Origin: Candidatus Dormiibacterota bacterium
GTDB lineage: Bacteria; Chloroflexota; Dormibacteria; Aeolococcales; Aeolococcaceae
Reading direction: 5' to 3'
Assembly (NCBI GenBank): GCA_035552595.1
Contig: DASZKZ010000032.1
Span: 15,456 to 79,455 of the forward strand
Length of the DNA stretch: 64,000 nucleotides
Shown: positions 26,961 through 36,749 of the stretch, one piece after another
Position numbering within the stretch: position 1 is the stretch's first letter
How the letters are laid out: every line of letters starts with the position of its first letter
Translations under genes and position numbers: made by a program
Notes under the pieces: model-generated
What the model was told of the DNA's origin: nothing
Seen by the model: only the letters and a program-made list of their open reading frames with translations
The model's database searches: none

Positions 26961-28712
26961 TCAGCGGATCGCGCGTCGCGGGCGGCGGGCGGGGTGCCCG
27001 GACCCGGCCGCCACCGTGGCGATCGCCTCCCCACGCAGCTCCACGGCGCGTGCTCGGGCGGCGTCGGTGACCAGCCCCGACATCAGCCGGGCGATCTCCT
27101 CGACGCGGCCCTCCGCGTCGACGGGCTCGATGGCCGCGACGCTGCCTCGTCCGTTGTCCCGCTTGCGCACCACCAGGTGGCGCGCGGCCCGCGAGGCGAT
27201 CTCGGCTCGGTGGGTCACCGCCACCACCTGGCGCTGCTCGCCCGCTGCGGCGAGCAGGTCGCCGACGCGCGCCGCCGTCTCCCCACCGATGCCCGAATCC
27301 ACCTCATCGAGCACCAGAAGGGGCGATCCGGTCTCGGTGACGCAGGCCGACAGCGCCAGCACCAGGCGGGACAGCTCGCCCCCGGAGGGACCCTGATCGA
27401 GCGGCGCCGGCGCGGTGCCGCGGTTGGTGCTGAGGCGGATCTCCACCTCATCGATGCCGCCCGGCCCGCACCGGACCAGGGCGCCGCCGACCTCGACGCC
27501 GGCGGGGTCGGCGCGGCGCTCGAGGGCGATGCGGAGCCGGGCGTGGGGCAGCTCGAGGAGCCGGAGGGCGCTCTCCACCTCGCGCTCCAGCCGGCGAGCC
27601 GCCTGGCGCCGCCGCTCGGAGAGCTGGACGGCGAGCTCCCCGGCGCGATCGCGAGCAGCCGCCACCTCCGCCTCCGCCGCGCCCAGGCGGGCGCCGCCGT
27701 CCTCGCCGGCAGCGAGGAGCTGGCGCGCCGCTTCCAGCGCCTCGGCAGCCTGCTCGATGGAGCCGTGACGGCGGCGTACCCGGGAGAGCATGTCGAGGCG
27801 CTCCTCGACCTCGGCGAGCCGGGCCTGGTCGAGGCCGATGCCGCCGGCGTGGCCCCGGGCCGATGCGCCCAGCTCACGGAGCCGGTCGACCAGGGCAGCC
27901 GCCTCCCCGGCCAGCGTGTCGAGGGCCGGGTCCACCCCCTCGAGGGCCAGCGACGCGTCCAGGGCTCCGGCCAGGAGATCGGCCGCGCCGGACGACTCCT
28001 CGTCCCCGGCGGCGGCACGGCGCAGCGCTTCCGATGCAGCCAGCAGAGCGGCCGCGTTGCGCAGCCGCAGCCGCTCCGCAGCCAGGTGGTCGTCCTCGCC
28101 GGGAACCAGGGCCAACGCGCTGAGGTCGGCGACCGTCTGCCGCGCCGCGTCCACCTCCGCGGTCCCCGCCGCCTGGCGGCGGCGCACGTCCTCGAGGGAG
28201 GCCTGCGCGGAGCGCCAGGATCCCACCCCTTGGCGGACCTGGTCGCGGAGATCGAGGGCTGAGGCCGCCAGGTCGAGGAGATCCCGCTGCCGGCCGCGTT
28301 CCAGCAGACGCTGGCTGGCACCCTGGAGGGTGATCTCGGCCAGGGCCTCCCCGACCTCGCGGAGGACCGCCTGGGACACCAGCGCCCCGTTGATCCGGCA
28401 CGAGCCCCGCCCCACCCGGGTGATCTCGCGGGACAGGGTGGTCAGCTCGTCGGGCGGCACCCCGATGTCGCTGAGACGGGGGTGCAGGGAGGGCGGCAGG
28501 TGGTCGAAGACGGCGCTGACCCGGGCGGCGACGGCGCCGGAGCGGATGGGGTCGCCATCGGCCCGCCCGCCGAGGGCGAGGCGCAGGGCCGTGATGCACA
28601 CCGATTTGCCCGCTCCGGTCTCGCCCGTGAGGGCGGTGAATCCCTCCCCGAAGGGCACCACCGCCTCCTCGAAGACGGCGAGGTCGCGGATGCGGACCTC
28701 GACCAGGCTCAC
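26961..28712 (-). CDS. recN: DNA repair protein RecN
   Basis: TGETGAGKS, long coiled coil, SGGELSRLVL signature, LDEVDSGIGG, RVEEIARLMSG. Confidence 0.93.
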   Translation of the reverse strand: MSLVEVRIRDLAVFEEAVVPFGEGFTALTGETGAGKSVCITALRLALGGRADGDPIRSGAVAARVSAVFDHLPPSLHPRLSDIGVPPDELTTLSREITRVGRGSCRINGALVSQAVLREVGEALAEITLQGASQRLLERGRQRDLLDLAASALDLRDQVRQGVGSWRSAQASLEDVRRRQAAGTAEVDAARQTVADLSALALVPGEDDHLAAERLRLRNAAALLAASEALRRAAAGDEESSGAADLLAGALDASLALEGVDPALDTLAGEAAALVDRLRELGASARGHAGGIGLDQARLAEVEERLDMLSRVRRRHGSIEQAAEALEAARQLLAAGEDGGARLGAAEAEVAAARDRAGELAVQLSERRRQAARRLEREVESALRLLELPHARLRIALERRADPAGVEVGGALVRCGPGGIDEVEIRLSTNRGTAPAPLDQGPSGGELSRLVLALSACVTETGSPLLVLDEVDSGIGGETAARVGDLLAAAGEQRQVVAVTHRAEIASRAARHLVVRKRDNGRGSVAAIEPVDAEGRVEEIARLMSGLVTDAARARAVELRGEAIATVAAGSGHPARRPRRAIR

Positions 28713-29608
28713 CGCCAGGCCTCGATCACCGGCGGAGCCTCGTCAGAGTCGCTGGGGCGGAGCAGGTCCGGCCGCTCCAGGCCCTTGAGGGGCAGCCCGA
28801 AGCGGACCTTCTCGCGGAGGCGACGCAGGAAGGACGGCGAATCGTCGAAGCGCACGAAGGCCAGCTCCGGCCCCGGCCGGATGATCATCGCCGCGGCATG
28901 GCGGAGCCGGATCTCCGAGATGCCGTCGGCGGCGACGTTGACCCGGCCGCGCTCGACGGTGACGCGCAGGGTGACCACCTCAGGCAGGACGATCGCCCTG
29001 GTGATCACCGCGTGGGGCGCCAGCGGCACCACCACGATGGCCCGAACCCGGGGATCGATGGGCGGCCCGCCGGCGCTGAGCGCGTACGCCGTGGAGCCGG
29101 TGGCGGTGGCGACCACCACACCGTCGGCGTCGAAGTCGCCGAGCAGCTCGCCGTCCTGCTCGACGCGGATCCGGGCCACGGCGACCCCGCTCGACTTCAC
29201 CGCCACCTCGTTGAGGGCCAGAGTCTGCCAGGGAGGGTTGTCGCCGTCGCCGGGCACGGTGGCCTCGAGCATCGAGCGGCGCTGGGTGTGGTAGCGGCCC
29301 GCCGCGAAGGCCTCGAGCGCGCGGGGCAGGTCGGCCACCTCGACGTCGGTGAGGAAGCCGAGACGGCCGCGATTGACACCGAGCACGGGGATCCCGCGCG
29401 GCGCCGCCAGGCGGGCGCCGTAGAGGAAGGTGCCGTCGCCCCCGATGGTGACCAGCAGCTCGGTGGCACCGGCGTGCTCGGCCAGGACCGCCTCAGGCTC
29501 GCGGACCTCGATCCAGACCCCGAAGCCGAGCTCCCGGGCTCGGACGGCGGCGGCTTCGGCGGCGTGCTGCTCGCCGGGATGGAGCAGGAACCCGATCTCG
29601 CGGGTCAC
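28709..29608 (-). CDS. nadK: NAD kinase
   Basis: GGDGTFL, GVNRGRLGFL, LNEV, ADGVVVATATGSTAYALSAGGP. The GTG overlaps the tlyA stop. Confidence 0.93.
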   Translation of the reverse strand: MTREIGFLLHPGEQHAAEAAAVRARELGFGVWIEVREPEAVLAEHAGATELLVTIGGDGTFLYGARLAAPRGIPVLGVNRGRLGFLTDVEVADLPRALEAFAAGRYHTQRRSMLEATVPGDGDNPPWQTLALNEVAVKSSGVAVARIRVEQDGELLGDFDADGVVVATATGSTAYALSAGGPPIDPRVRAIVVVPLAPHAVITRAIVLPEVVTLRVTVERGRVNVAADGISEIRLRHAAAMIIRPGPELAFVRFDDSPSFLRRLREKVRFGLPLKGLERPDLLRPSDSDEAPPVIEAWR

Positions 29609-30357
29609 GCGGTGGCCTCGGGGAGGCGGAGGTGGACCAGCCATTCCTGGTTGCCCTTGGTGCCGCGCACACCGGCCGGGACGGCATCGTCCACGACCAC
29701 CGCCATGGTGGCGGCGGCCCAATCCCGGAACGCGGCCAGCGCCGCGGCGGTCACCTCCGGATCGCGGACCACTCCGCCGCGGGCGACCCCGCCTCGGGGA
29801 GCCTCGAACTGAGGTTTGAAGAGGGCCACCACCTCGGCGCCGGGAGCCAGCAGCGCCAGGTTGGGGAGCACCGCGCGCAGCGAGATGAACGAGAGGTCGA
29901 GCGTGACCAGCGAGGGCGACGGTCCCTCCAGCGCCGCCAGGGTGCGCACGTTGGTGCGATCCATGACGCGGACACGCGGGTCCGCGGCGAGCCGCGGGTC
30001 GAGCTGGCCGCGACCCACGTCGACGGCATAGACGAGGGTCGCGCCGCGGCGCAGGAGGACGTCGGTGAACCCCCCGGTGCTGGCGCCGGCGTCGAGGCAG
30101 ACCCGGCCCGAGCACTCCACCCCGAAGTGATCGAGGGCGGAGTCGAGCTTCAGCCCTCCCCGTCCGGCCCAGGGGTGATCCCGATCGGTTAGCCGCACCT
30201 GGGCGGCGCTGGCGACGGCGAGCGCGGCGCTGTCCGCCGTCACCCCGTCCACCTCCACCAGGCCGGCGGCGATCAGCGCCTGGGCCCGCCGGCGGGTGTC
30301 GGCCAGGCCGCGCTCCACGAGCAGATCGTCGAGTCGGGACCGCGACAGGGTGGCCAC
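29605..30357 (-). CDS. tlyA: TlyA family rRNA 2'-O-methyltransferase
   Basis: RLDDLLVERGLA, RGGLKL, LDAGASTGGFTDVLL, DLSFISL, KPQFEA, GNQEW; canonical tlyA-nadK-recN order. Confidence 0.92.
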   Translation of the reverse strand: MATLSRSRLDDLLVERGLADTRRRAQALIAAGLVEVDGVTADSAALAVASAAQVRLTDRDHPWAGRGGLKLDSALDHFGVECSGRVCLDAGASTGGFTDVLLRRGATLVYAVDVGRGQLDPRLAADPRVRVMDRTNVRTLAALEGPSPSLVTLDLSFISLRAVLPNLALLAPGAEVVALFKPQFEAPRGGVARGGVVRDPEVTAAALAAFRDWAAATMAVVVDDAVPAGVRGTKGNQEWLVHLRLPEATA

Positions 30358-30391
30358 GCCGCTCATCCTACACAGATCAGCGTATGTGCGC

Positions 30392-30757
30392 TCAAAAGGG
30401 GATGTCGTCGGGGTCGACGGGGCGGCCGTGCGGGATGGCTGCCGGCGCGGCCTCGCCGAAGAGCTGCTGCTCGGCGGTGCGGGCTCCCTCAGCGAGGGCT
30501 GCCGGCGCCTGCTCAGAACGGCCCGTGGGAGGTTGGAAGGGCCTCTCCACCTCCCCCGCCGCACGCACCACCAGCTGGCTGATCTTCTGCTCGGTTCGGT
30601 CGAGCAGCTGGGCGCAGTGCCGGGTGAGAGCGGCGCCGCGCTCGTACGCGCTGATCGCGGCCTCCAGCTCGACGTCGCCCCGCTCCAGGCGGGCGATGAT
30701 CAGGTCGAGCTCGGCGAGGGCCGCCTCGTAGCTCATGGTGGTGAGGTCGTCAGCCAT
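30392..30757 (-). CDS. xseB: Exodeoxyribonuclease VII small subunit with an extended C-terminal tail ending DDIPF
   Basis: SYEAALAELDLIIARLERGDVELEAAISAYERG...C...L...EQKI; immediately downstream of xseA. Confidence 0.92.
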   Translation of the reverse strand: MADDLTTMSYEAALAELDLIIARLERGDVELEAAISAYERGAALTRHCAQLLDRTEQKISQLVVRAAGEVERPFQPPTGRSEQAPAALAEGARTAEQQLFGEAAPAAIPHGRPVDPDDIPF

Positions 30758-32168
30758 GGTCGTCCCCGTTGCTGGCTCGCTGTCCCGGCTGATCATCGTA
30801 CATTCGTTCGCGATCCGCCCCAACCGCCACGCCGTCGGGCAGGACCCGGCTGACCAGGCTGCCGCTGGCCAGGCGGGTGCGCAGCACGGCTCCGGGGGCG
30901 ACCTCCGCGGCGCTGGTGATGACGCCGCCGCTGGCGGCGTCGACGGTGATCGAGTAGCCGCGATCGATGACGCGCAGCGGCGAGAGGGCGTCGAGCCGGC
31001 CGCGCAGGCCCTCGAGGTGGCGGCGGCGCCCGTTGATGGCGCGCGCCACCTCTCCGTCGAGGCGGGTGGCTCGGCCGGCCAGCCGCTCGCGCTGCAGAGG
31101 CAGCGAGCGCAGCGGCGAGTGCACCGCCAGCGAGCCCCGGAGGCGCTCGAGGTGACGCTGCCTGCCGCTGACGCCGGCGAGGAGCGCGCCCCGAAGGCGG
31201 ACCTCCCGTGCGGCCACATCCTGGCGCATCCGGGAGAGGCGCAGGGCCGGGGAGAGCTGGTCGAGGCGGCGCAACCTGCTCTGCGCGCCCTCGCGCTTGT
31301 GGGCCAGCTCGCCCCGCAGCGCCTCGCGAAGGCGGCGCTCGCGGGTCGCGAGTTCCCCGCGAAGCTGTCCACAACTGGGAACCGCCGTCTCCGCCGCCGC
31401 CGACGGTGTGGCGGCGCGGTGGTCGGCGGCGAGGTCGGCGATGGTGATGTCGGTCTCGTGGCCGACGCCGGAGACCACGGGCACCGGGCAGGCGCGGATG
31501 GCCCGCGCCACCGCCTCGTCGTTGAACGCCATGAGGTCCTCTAGCGACCCCCCGCCGCGAACCAGGAGGACGACCTCGACGCCGCGGGCGCGTCCGGCGC
31601 GGCGCAGCGCGGCGACGATGGTCTCGGCCGCTCCCTCCCCCTGCACTGTCGCTGAGGAGAACACCACCTCGACACACGGAGCGCGGCGGCTCATCACTGT
31701 GATGACGTCGTGCAGCGCCGCCCCGGTGCGCGATGTCACCACGGCGACGCGTGCCGGGAGGAGCGGCAGAGGCCTCTTGAGACGCTCGTCGAAGAGACCC
31801 TCCGCGAGGAGAGCTCGTTTGCGCTGCTCCACGGCGAGCGCCAGCGCCCCCACCCCGCTCGGCTCCAGACGGTCGACGATGAGCTGGTAACGCCCCTGCA
31901 GCGCGTACACGGTCACCTGCCCATGGGCGACCACGGTCATGCCGTTCTCGGGCGCAAAAGGGACGCGCAGAGCATTGGTCCGAAAGCAGACCGACCCCAG
32001 CGCCGAGGAGCCGTCCTTGAGGGTGAAGTAGAGGTGACCGGAGGCGGGCCGGGTGAGGTTGCTGATCTCCCCCTCCACGAGGACATCCTCCAGGTCCGGT
32101 TGGGCTGCCAGGGCGTTGCCGACCAGCGCCGTCAGCTCGGTCACGGTGTAGGGACCGCGCCCGCTCAC
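30750..32168 (-). CDS. xseA: Exodeoxyribonuclease VII large subunit
   Basis: VEGEISN, SGHLYFTLKD, VTSRTGAALHD, RGGGSLEDL, SGVGHETD, AATPSAAAE. Confidence 0.95.
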   Translation of the reverse strand: MSGRGPYTVTELTALVGNALAAQPDLEDVLVEGEISNLTRPASGHLYFTLKDGSSALGSVCFRTNALRVPFAPENGMTVVAHGQVTVYALQGRYQLIVDRLEPSGVGALALAVEQRKRALLAEGLFDERLKRPLPLLPARVAVVTSRTGAALHDVITVMSRRAPCVEVVFSSATVQGEGAAETIVAALRRAGRARGVEVVLLVRGGGSLEDLMAFNDEAVARAIRACPVPVVSGVGHETDITIADLAADHRAATPSAAAETAVPSCGQLRGELATRERRLREALRGELAHKREGAQSRLRRLDQLSPALRLSRMRQDVAAREVRLRGALLAGVSGRQRHLERLRGSLAVHSPLRSLPLQRERLAGRATRLDGEVARAINGRRRHLEGLRGRLDALSPLRVIDRGYSITVDAASGGVITSAAEVAPGAVLRTRLASGSLVSRVLPDGVAVGADRERMYDDQPGQRASNGDDHG

Positions 32169-32584
32169 ACCCGCTCCCGCGCGATCTGTCCGAGGACGCC
32201 GTTGACATAGTTCACGGCGTCGTCGCCGGCGTAGGCGCGAGCCAGCTCCAGCGATTCGTCGACGATCACCGCGACCGGGGTGCCGTCGCTCTCCAGCAGC
32301 TCGCAGGTGCCGAGCCGGAGGACGGCGCGCTCCACCTTGCCGACGTCGGCGAGCGACCAGCGGCTGGCCGCGGTCACCGCCGCGTCGATGCGCTCCCGGT
32401 TCTCCAGGCAGCCGAGCACGAGGCGCTGCGCGAACGCGCGGACGTCGGCGGTGGCACCGACCTCCTCCGCCTGATAGGCCAGCGACGTGCTCGCGTCCTT
32501 GTCGGTTCCCTCCAGCTCGAAGAGCACTCGCAGGGCGAGCTCACGGCCGCGTCGCCGGCGCCCGCCGCCGCCCGGGGTGGTCAC
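32165..32584 (-). CDS. nusB: Transcription antitermination factor NusB
   Basis: RRRGRELALRVLF, VERAVLRLG, VIVDESLELA, YVNGVL. Confidence 0.9.
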   Translation of the reverse strand: MTTPGGGGRRRRGRELALRVLFELEGTDKDASTSLAYQAEEVGATADVRAFAQRLVLGCLENRERIDAAVTAASRWSLADVGKVERAVLRLGTCELLESDGTPVAVIVDESLELARAYAGDDAVNYVNGVLGQIARERV

Positions 32585-32967
32585 GAGAAGACCACCTCGC
32601 TGACGAACACGTTGACGGCGGCCAGGGGGAGCCCGAGCATGCGGCGGATGGCGTCGCCCACGGCGCGCTGCACCTGCGCTCCCACCGCGGCCACATTGGC
32701 ACCCGCTTCCATGACGATCCAGAGGTCGATGAGCAGGCCGTCGTCACGAAGCTCGACGCGCGCCCCGCGATGAGCCACGCGGCGGCGAAGGATGCGTTCG
32801 ATGGACTGCCCGCCCGGCCGGTACATGGCGTGGACACCGTCGACCTGCAGCGCGGTCAGCGCCGCGATCCAGGCCACCACGTCGTTGGCGACCCTGGTGA
32901 CGCCCAGGCCGTCACGCCCGTCGCCGCCGCCGCCGCCGATCTCCATGGTGGATGCTGCCTCGGTCAC
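32581..32967 (-). CDS. Asp23/Gls24 family envelope stress protein
   Basis: VANDVVAWIAALTALQVDGV, IDLWIV...VQRAV, VNVFV; canonical efp-asp23-nusB context. Confidence 0.8.
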   Translation of the reverse strand: MTEAASTMEIGGGGGDGRDGLGVTRVANDVVAWIAALTALQVDGVHAMYRPGGQSIERILRRRVAHRGARVELRDDGLLIDLWIVMEAGANVAAVGAQVQRAVGDAIRRMLGLPLAAVNVFVSEVVFS

Positions 32968-33524
32968 GACACCCGCTCCACGTACCTTCCGGTGCGCGTG
33001 TCGACCCGGATGCGCTCTCCCTCGTTGACGAAGAGGGGGACGTCCACGACCAGGCCGGTCTCCACCGTCGCCGGTTTGAAGGCCGCGTTGGCGGTGTCAC
33101 CCTTGAATCCCGGGTCGGTCTGCGCCACCGTCAGCTCGACCGACGTGGGTAGATCGATGCCCAGCACCTTGCCGTCATAGGTGAGCAGGAAGAGGTTGTC
33201 GTTCTCCTTGAGGTACTGGCGCGCCTCGCCGAGCTGAGAGGGCGTGAGCGGGAACTGGTCGTAGGTGGCGGTGTCCATGACCACGTAGTCGTCGCCGTCC
33301 TGATAGAGGTACTGCGCCTCGCTCCGTTCGATACGGGCGCGGCCGAACTTCTCCTCGGGCCGGAACGTCTCCTCGGTGACGGCTCCCGTCTGCAGGTTCT
33401 TGAACTTGGCGCGGACGATGGCGGTGCCCCGCCCCTGCTTGTTGTGGGCGAACTCGAGCACCTGGAGGAGCTCACCCTGGTGCTCCACCGTGGTTCCCGC
33501 TCTCAGGTCGCCCGCGCTGATCAT
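32964..33524 (-). CDS. efp: Elongation factor P
   Basis: DLRAGTT, HNKQGRG tip loop, QYLYQDG, GFKGDT, VPLFVNEG, VDTRTGRYVER. Confidence 0.95.
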   Translation of the reverse strand: MISAGDLRAGTTVEHQGELLQVLEFAHNKQGRGTAIVRAKFKNLQTGAVTEETFRPEEKFGRARIERSEAQYLYQDGDDYVVMDTATYDQFPLTPSQLGEARQYLKENDNLFLLTYDGKVLGIDLPTSVELTVAQTDPGFKGDTANAAFKPATVETGLVVDVPLFVNEGERIRVDTRTGRYVERVS

Positions 33525-33976
33525 GGGGAGGTCTCCGTTGTGTCCGGCCCGGCCAGCCGGACGGCGGTCTGCAGCGCCATCACATAGCCGTCGGGGCCGG
33601 CGCCGGTGATGACCGCGCTCGCCGCCGCCGCCACGTGCGAGGTACGACGGTACTCCTCGCGGCTGAGAATGTTGCTGAGGTGCACCTCGACGACAGGTCC
33701 CCCGAACCCGCGCAGGGCGTCGGCGAGGACCACGCTGGTGTGGGCCAGGCCGCCGGGATTGATGACGATGGCGTCGGCCTGCCCGTTCTCCTCCTCGATG
33801 AGATCGATGAGCGCGCCCTCGTGGTTGCTCAGCTCCCAGCGCAGATCGACCTCGAGGGCGTCCGCCTCGCGGCGCAGCCTGTCGTGAATCTCGGCGAGCG
33901 TCGTCCGCCCGTAGACCTCCGGCTCACGACGCCCGATGGTGCCGAGATTGGGCCCGTTGAGCACCAGGATCCTCAT
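33521..33976 (-). CDS. aroQ: Type II 3-dehydroquinate dehydratase
   Basis: LNGPNLGTIGRREPEVYG, SNHEG, INPGG, EVHLSN...REEYR. Confidence 0.95.
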   Translation of the reverse strand: MRILVLNGPNLGTIGRREPEVYGRTTLAEIHDRLRREADALEVDLRWELSNHEGALIDLIEEENGQADAIVINPGGLAHTSVVLADALRGFGGPVVEVHLSNILSREEYRRTSHVAAAASAVITGAGPDGYVMALQTAVRLAGPDTTETSP

Positions 33977-35556
33977 GCCGCCAGCGCCTCCGACAGAGCC
34001 TGCAGGACGGCGCCGGGTTCGACCACGACGCCGGTGACCGGGTCGCCCCGGCGGCGCAGCAGCACCCACCGTGCCACCCCGTCTCGCGCCTTCTTGTCGG
34101 CCCCCAGCTGGCCCGCGACGTCGTCAGCCAGCAGCCGGGGCCGCTGGCTGAGGCCGCACCGGTCCAGGAGCTCGTCCTGGCGGGCGATGTCGGTGGCTGG
34201 ACATCCCGATTCGACGACGCTGAGCGCACCCGCCACACGCATCCCGAAGGCCACCGCCTCACCATGGTCGAGCCCGCTGCCCAGCCCCGTCAGTGCCTCC
34301 ACCGCATGACCCACCGTGTGTCCATAGTTGAGAATCGCCCGCCGGCCTGATTCGCGCTCGTCGCCCGCCACCACGCCCGCCTTGAGCTCGCAGCATGCGC
34401 GCACCAGCTCGGCGAGAGCGTCGCGGTCGCGGCCGAGCGCCGGCTCGAGGCTGCGCTCGACCAGCTCGGCCAGCTCGCCGCCGCCGACCATAGACGATTT
34501 GACGATCTCGGCGAAGGCGGAGCGGAAGCTGCGGTCACCGAGCGGTCCGAGGACGGCGGGGTCGCAGAGCACGGCGCGCGGCTGCCAGAACACACCGGCG
34601 AGATTCTTGCCGCGGCGCAGGTTGACGGCAGTCTTGCCCCCGACGGCGCTGTCGACCATGGCCAGCAGGGTGGTGGGGACCACCACCCAGGCGATGCCGC
34701 GCAGGTAGGTGGCTGCGACCAGCCCGGCGACGTCGCCGACGCTGCCGCCGCCCACCGCCACGAGACAGTCGTCGCGCTCGAGGCCCGCGTCGCTGCACCG
34801 TTCCAGCAGGCTGCCGGCAACGCTCCACCGCTTGGCGTCCTCGCCGCCGCCGATCGCGAAGACCGTGGCCGCGACATGGTGGCGGCGGAGCCGCTCCGCA
34901 AGCGTCTCGGCAAGGCGGGCCACCGCCTCGTCGGCGATCAACACCACCCGCCGCGCCGGCGACGGGATCTGCTCGGCGATGGCCTCGAGCACCCCGCCGC
35001 CGACTCGCACCAGGTAGGCACGGCCGGTCGCCACGCGCACCGCTCCGCGCAATGACGCGGCCACCCTCTCGGCCACGGCGGCGGGCGTCTGCTGATCGGT
35101 TCGGATGTGCATGTGAGCGCGGGCGTGCGCACCGCTGCGAGCGGCGCGCAGGTGGCGCAGCGTCTCCAATGGTGAGCCGGCCAGCAGGGGACGCCCATGT
35201 CCGTCCGCCCCCAGCCTGGTGGTCAGCTCCGCATCGGGCGCGTCGAGGCAGATCACGGTGGCGTGCCGCTCCAGAGTGTCGACGGCACCGTGCTGGGCGA
35301 TGAGGCCGCCGCCGGCGGCGATCACCAGCGGCTCCGGCGACGCCATCGCCTGTTCCGCGGCTCGCCGTTCCTCGGCGCGAAACCGGGCCTCGCCGAGGTC
35401 GGAGAAGACTCGAGCGACGCTCATCCCCAGACGGTTCTCGACGTCGGCGTCGATGTCGACCCACCCGCGTCCCAGCCGCGCCGCCAGCAGCGGCGCAACC
35501 GTGCTCTTGCCGCTGCCGGGCAGGCCGACGAGGACGACGTGGCCGATGCCGCTCAC
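33973..35556 (-). CDS. aroKB: Shikimate kinase / 3-dehydroquinate synthase fusion
   Basis: N-terminal GLPGSGKST, GEARFR, AGGG and RPLL; C-terminal GGEDAK, GGGSVGD, RGIAWVVVPTTLLAMVDSAVGGKTA and LNYGHTVGHA. Confidence 0.9.
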   Translation of the reverse strand: MSGIGHVVLVGLPGSGKSTVAPLLAARLGRGWVDIDADVENRLGMSVARVFSDLGEARFRAEERRAAEQAMASPEPLVIAAGGGLIAQHGAVDTLERHATVICLDAPDAELTTRLGADGHGRPLLAGSPLETLRHLRAARSGAHARAHMHIRTDQQTPAAVAERVAASLRGAVRVATGRAYLVRVGGGVLEAIAEQIPSPARRVVLIADEAVARLAETLAERLRRHHVAATVFAIGGGEDAKRWSVAGSLLERCSDAGLERDDCLVAVGGGSVGDVAGLVAATYLRGIAWVVVPTTLLAMVDSAVGGKTAVNLRRGKNLAGVFWQPRAVLCDPAVLGPLGDRSFRSAFAEIVKSSMVGGGELAELVERSLEPALGRDRDALAELVRACCELKAGVVAGDERESGRRAILNYGHTVGHAVEALTGLGSGLDHGEAVAFGMRVAGALSVVESGCPATDIARQDELLDRCGLSQRPRLLADDVAGQLGADKKARDGVARWVLLRRRGDPVTGVVVEPGAVLQALSEALAA

Positions 35557-36701
35557 CGCAACCGACCCAGCGTGGCCCTGTAGGCATCGAGGTTGCGACA
35601 GAGCTCGCCGATGGAATCGCCACCGAACTTCTCGAGCACGGCCTCGGCGAGGACCAGGGCGAGCATGGCCTCTGCCACCACCGCTCCCGCCGGCACCACG
35701 CAGATGTCGCTGCGTTCGTAGTGGGCGTTGGTCTCCTCGCCGGTGTGGACGTCGACGCTGCGCAGCGGCGAGAGCAGCGTCGAGATCGGTTTGAAGTGCA
35801 CCCGTGTCCAGATGTCCTCGCCGTTGCTGACGCCCCCCGAGAGGCCTCCCTGGCGGTTGCTGAGGTGATGGAAGCCACGCTCCGGCGTGTACGCGGGCCG
35901 GTCGTGAACGGCCGACCCGGGGCTGGCGGCGGCGGCGAGCGCATCGCCGAGCTCGACTCCCTTGACCGAGGGGATGCTGCACATGGCCTGTGCGATGCGG
36001 CCGTCGAGGCGCCTGTCCCATTGCGCGTACGTGCCAAGGCCGGCCACAACGTGGTGGCCGGCGATGACAGCGGTGCCGCCGAGCGTGTCGCCCGCAGCGC
36101 GCGCCGCATCGATGGCCTCGACCATGCGCGCCCCCGCCACGGGATCGGCGCAGCGCACCGGCGATCCCTCCACATCCTCCCCGTCCGCGCCCGGCTCGGC
36201 GACGACGTCACCGATCCGCACCACACGCGAGCTGACCGACGTGCCGATGGCGGCGAGCAGGGCCCTGGCGACAGCGCCGGCGGCGACGCGTGCCGCCGTC
36301 TCTCGCGCCGAGGCGCGCTCCAGGACGTCGCGAGCGTCGTCGAGGTCGTACTTGAGCATGCCCGCCAGATCGGCGTGGCCGGGACGGACGCGGGTGACCG
36401 CCTTCTTGGTGAAACCCTCGGCGTCGATCTGCATGGGACCCTGCCAGTTGTCCCAGTCTCGGTTGACGACGGTGAGGGCGATCGGGGAGCCCAGGGTGCG
36501 TCCTCCGCGCACCCCGGCGCTGATGGTGGCCCGGTCGGTCTCGATCTGCTGCCGCTTGCCGCGTCCGTGGCCGCCCTGGCGGCGGCGCAGGTCCGGGTCG
36601 AGGTCGCGGGCGGCGTCGAGCTGCAGACCGGCCGGGATCCCGTCCACGATCACAGTCAGCTGCGGCCCGTGCGATTCACCCGCCGTCAGGAATCTCAGCA
36701 T
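35553..36701 (-). CDS. aroC: Chorismate synthase
   Basis: MLRFLTAGESHG, RRRQGGHGRG, RPGHADL, ERASARETAAR, HFKPIST, ERSD. Confidence 0.96.
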   Translation of the reverse strand: MLRFLTAGESHGPQLTVIVDGIPAGLQLDAARDLDPDLRRRQGGHGRGKRQQIETDRATISAGVRGGRTLGSPIALTVVNRDWDNWQGPMQIDAEGFTKKAVTRVRPGHADLAGMLKYDLDDARDVLERASARETAARVAAGAVARALLAAIGTSVSSRVVRIGDVVAEPGADGEDVEGSPVRCADPVAGARMVEAIDAARAAGDTLGGTAVIAGHHVVAGLGTYAQWDRRLDGRIAQAMCSIPSVKGVELGDALAAAASPGSAVHDRPAYTPERGFHHLSNRQGGLSGGVSNGEDIWTRVHFKPISTLLSPLRSVDVHTGEETNAHYERSDICVVPAGAVVAEAMLALVLAEAVLEKFGGDSIGELCRNLDAYRATLGRLR

Positions 36702-36749
36702 GCGCCGATTCTAGGAGGGCCCCGGAATTCCGCCTCCCGACGGTGCGCC

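Noticed and set aside
26158-28712. RecN acting as the SMC partner of the adjacent ScpA/ScpB
   Set aside because: tlyA-nadK-recN and scpA-scpB-rluB-cmk are separate well-known clusters, scpA has its own -10, and smc is commonly unlinked.
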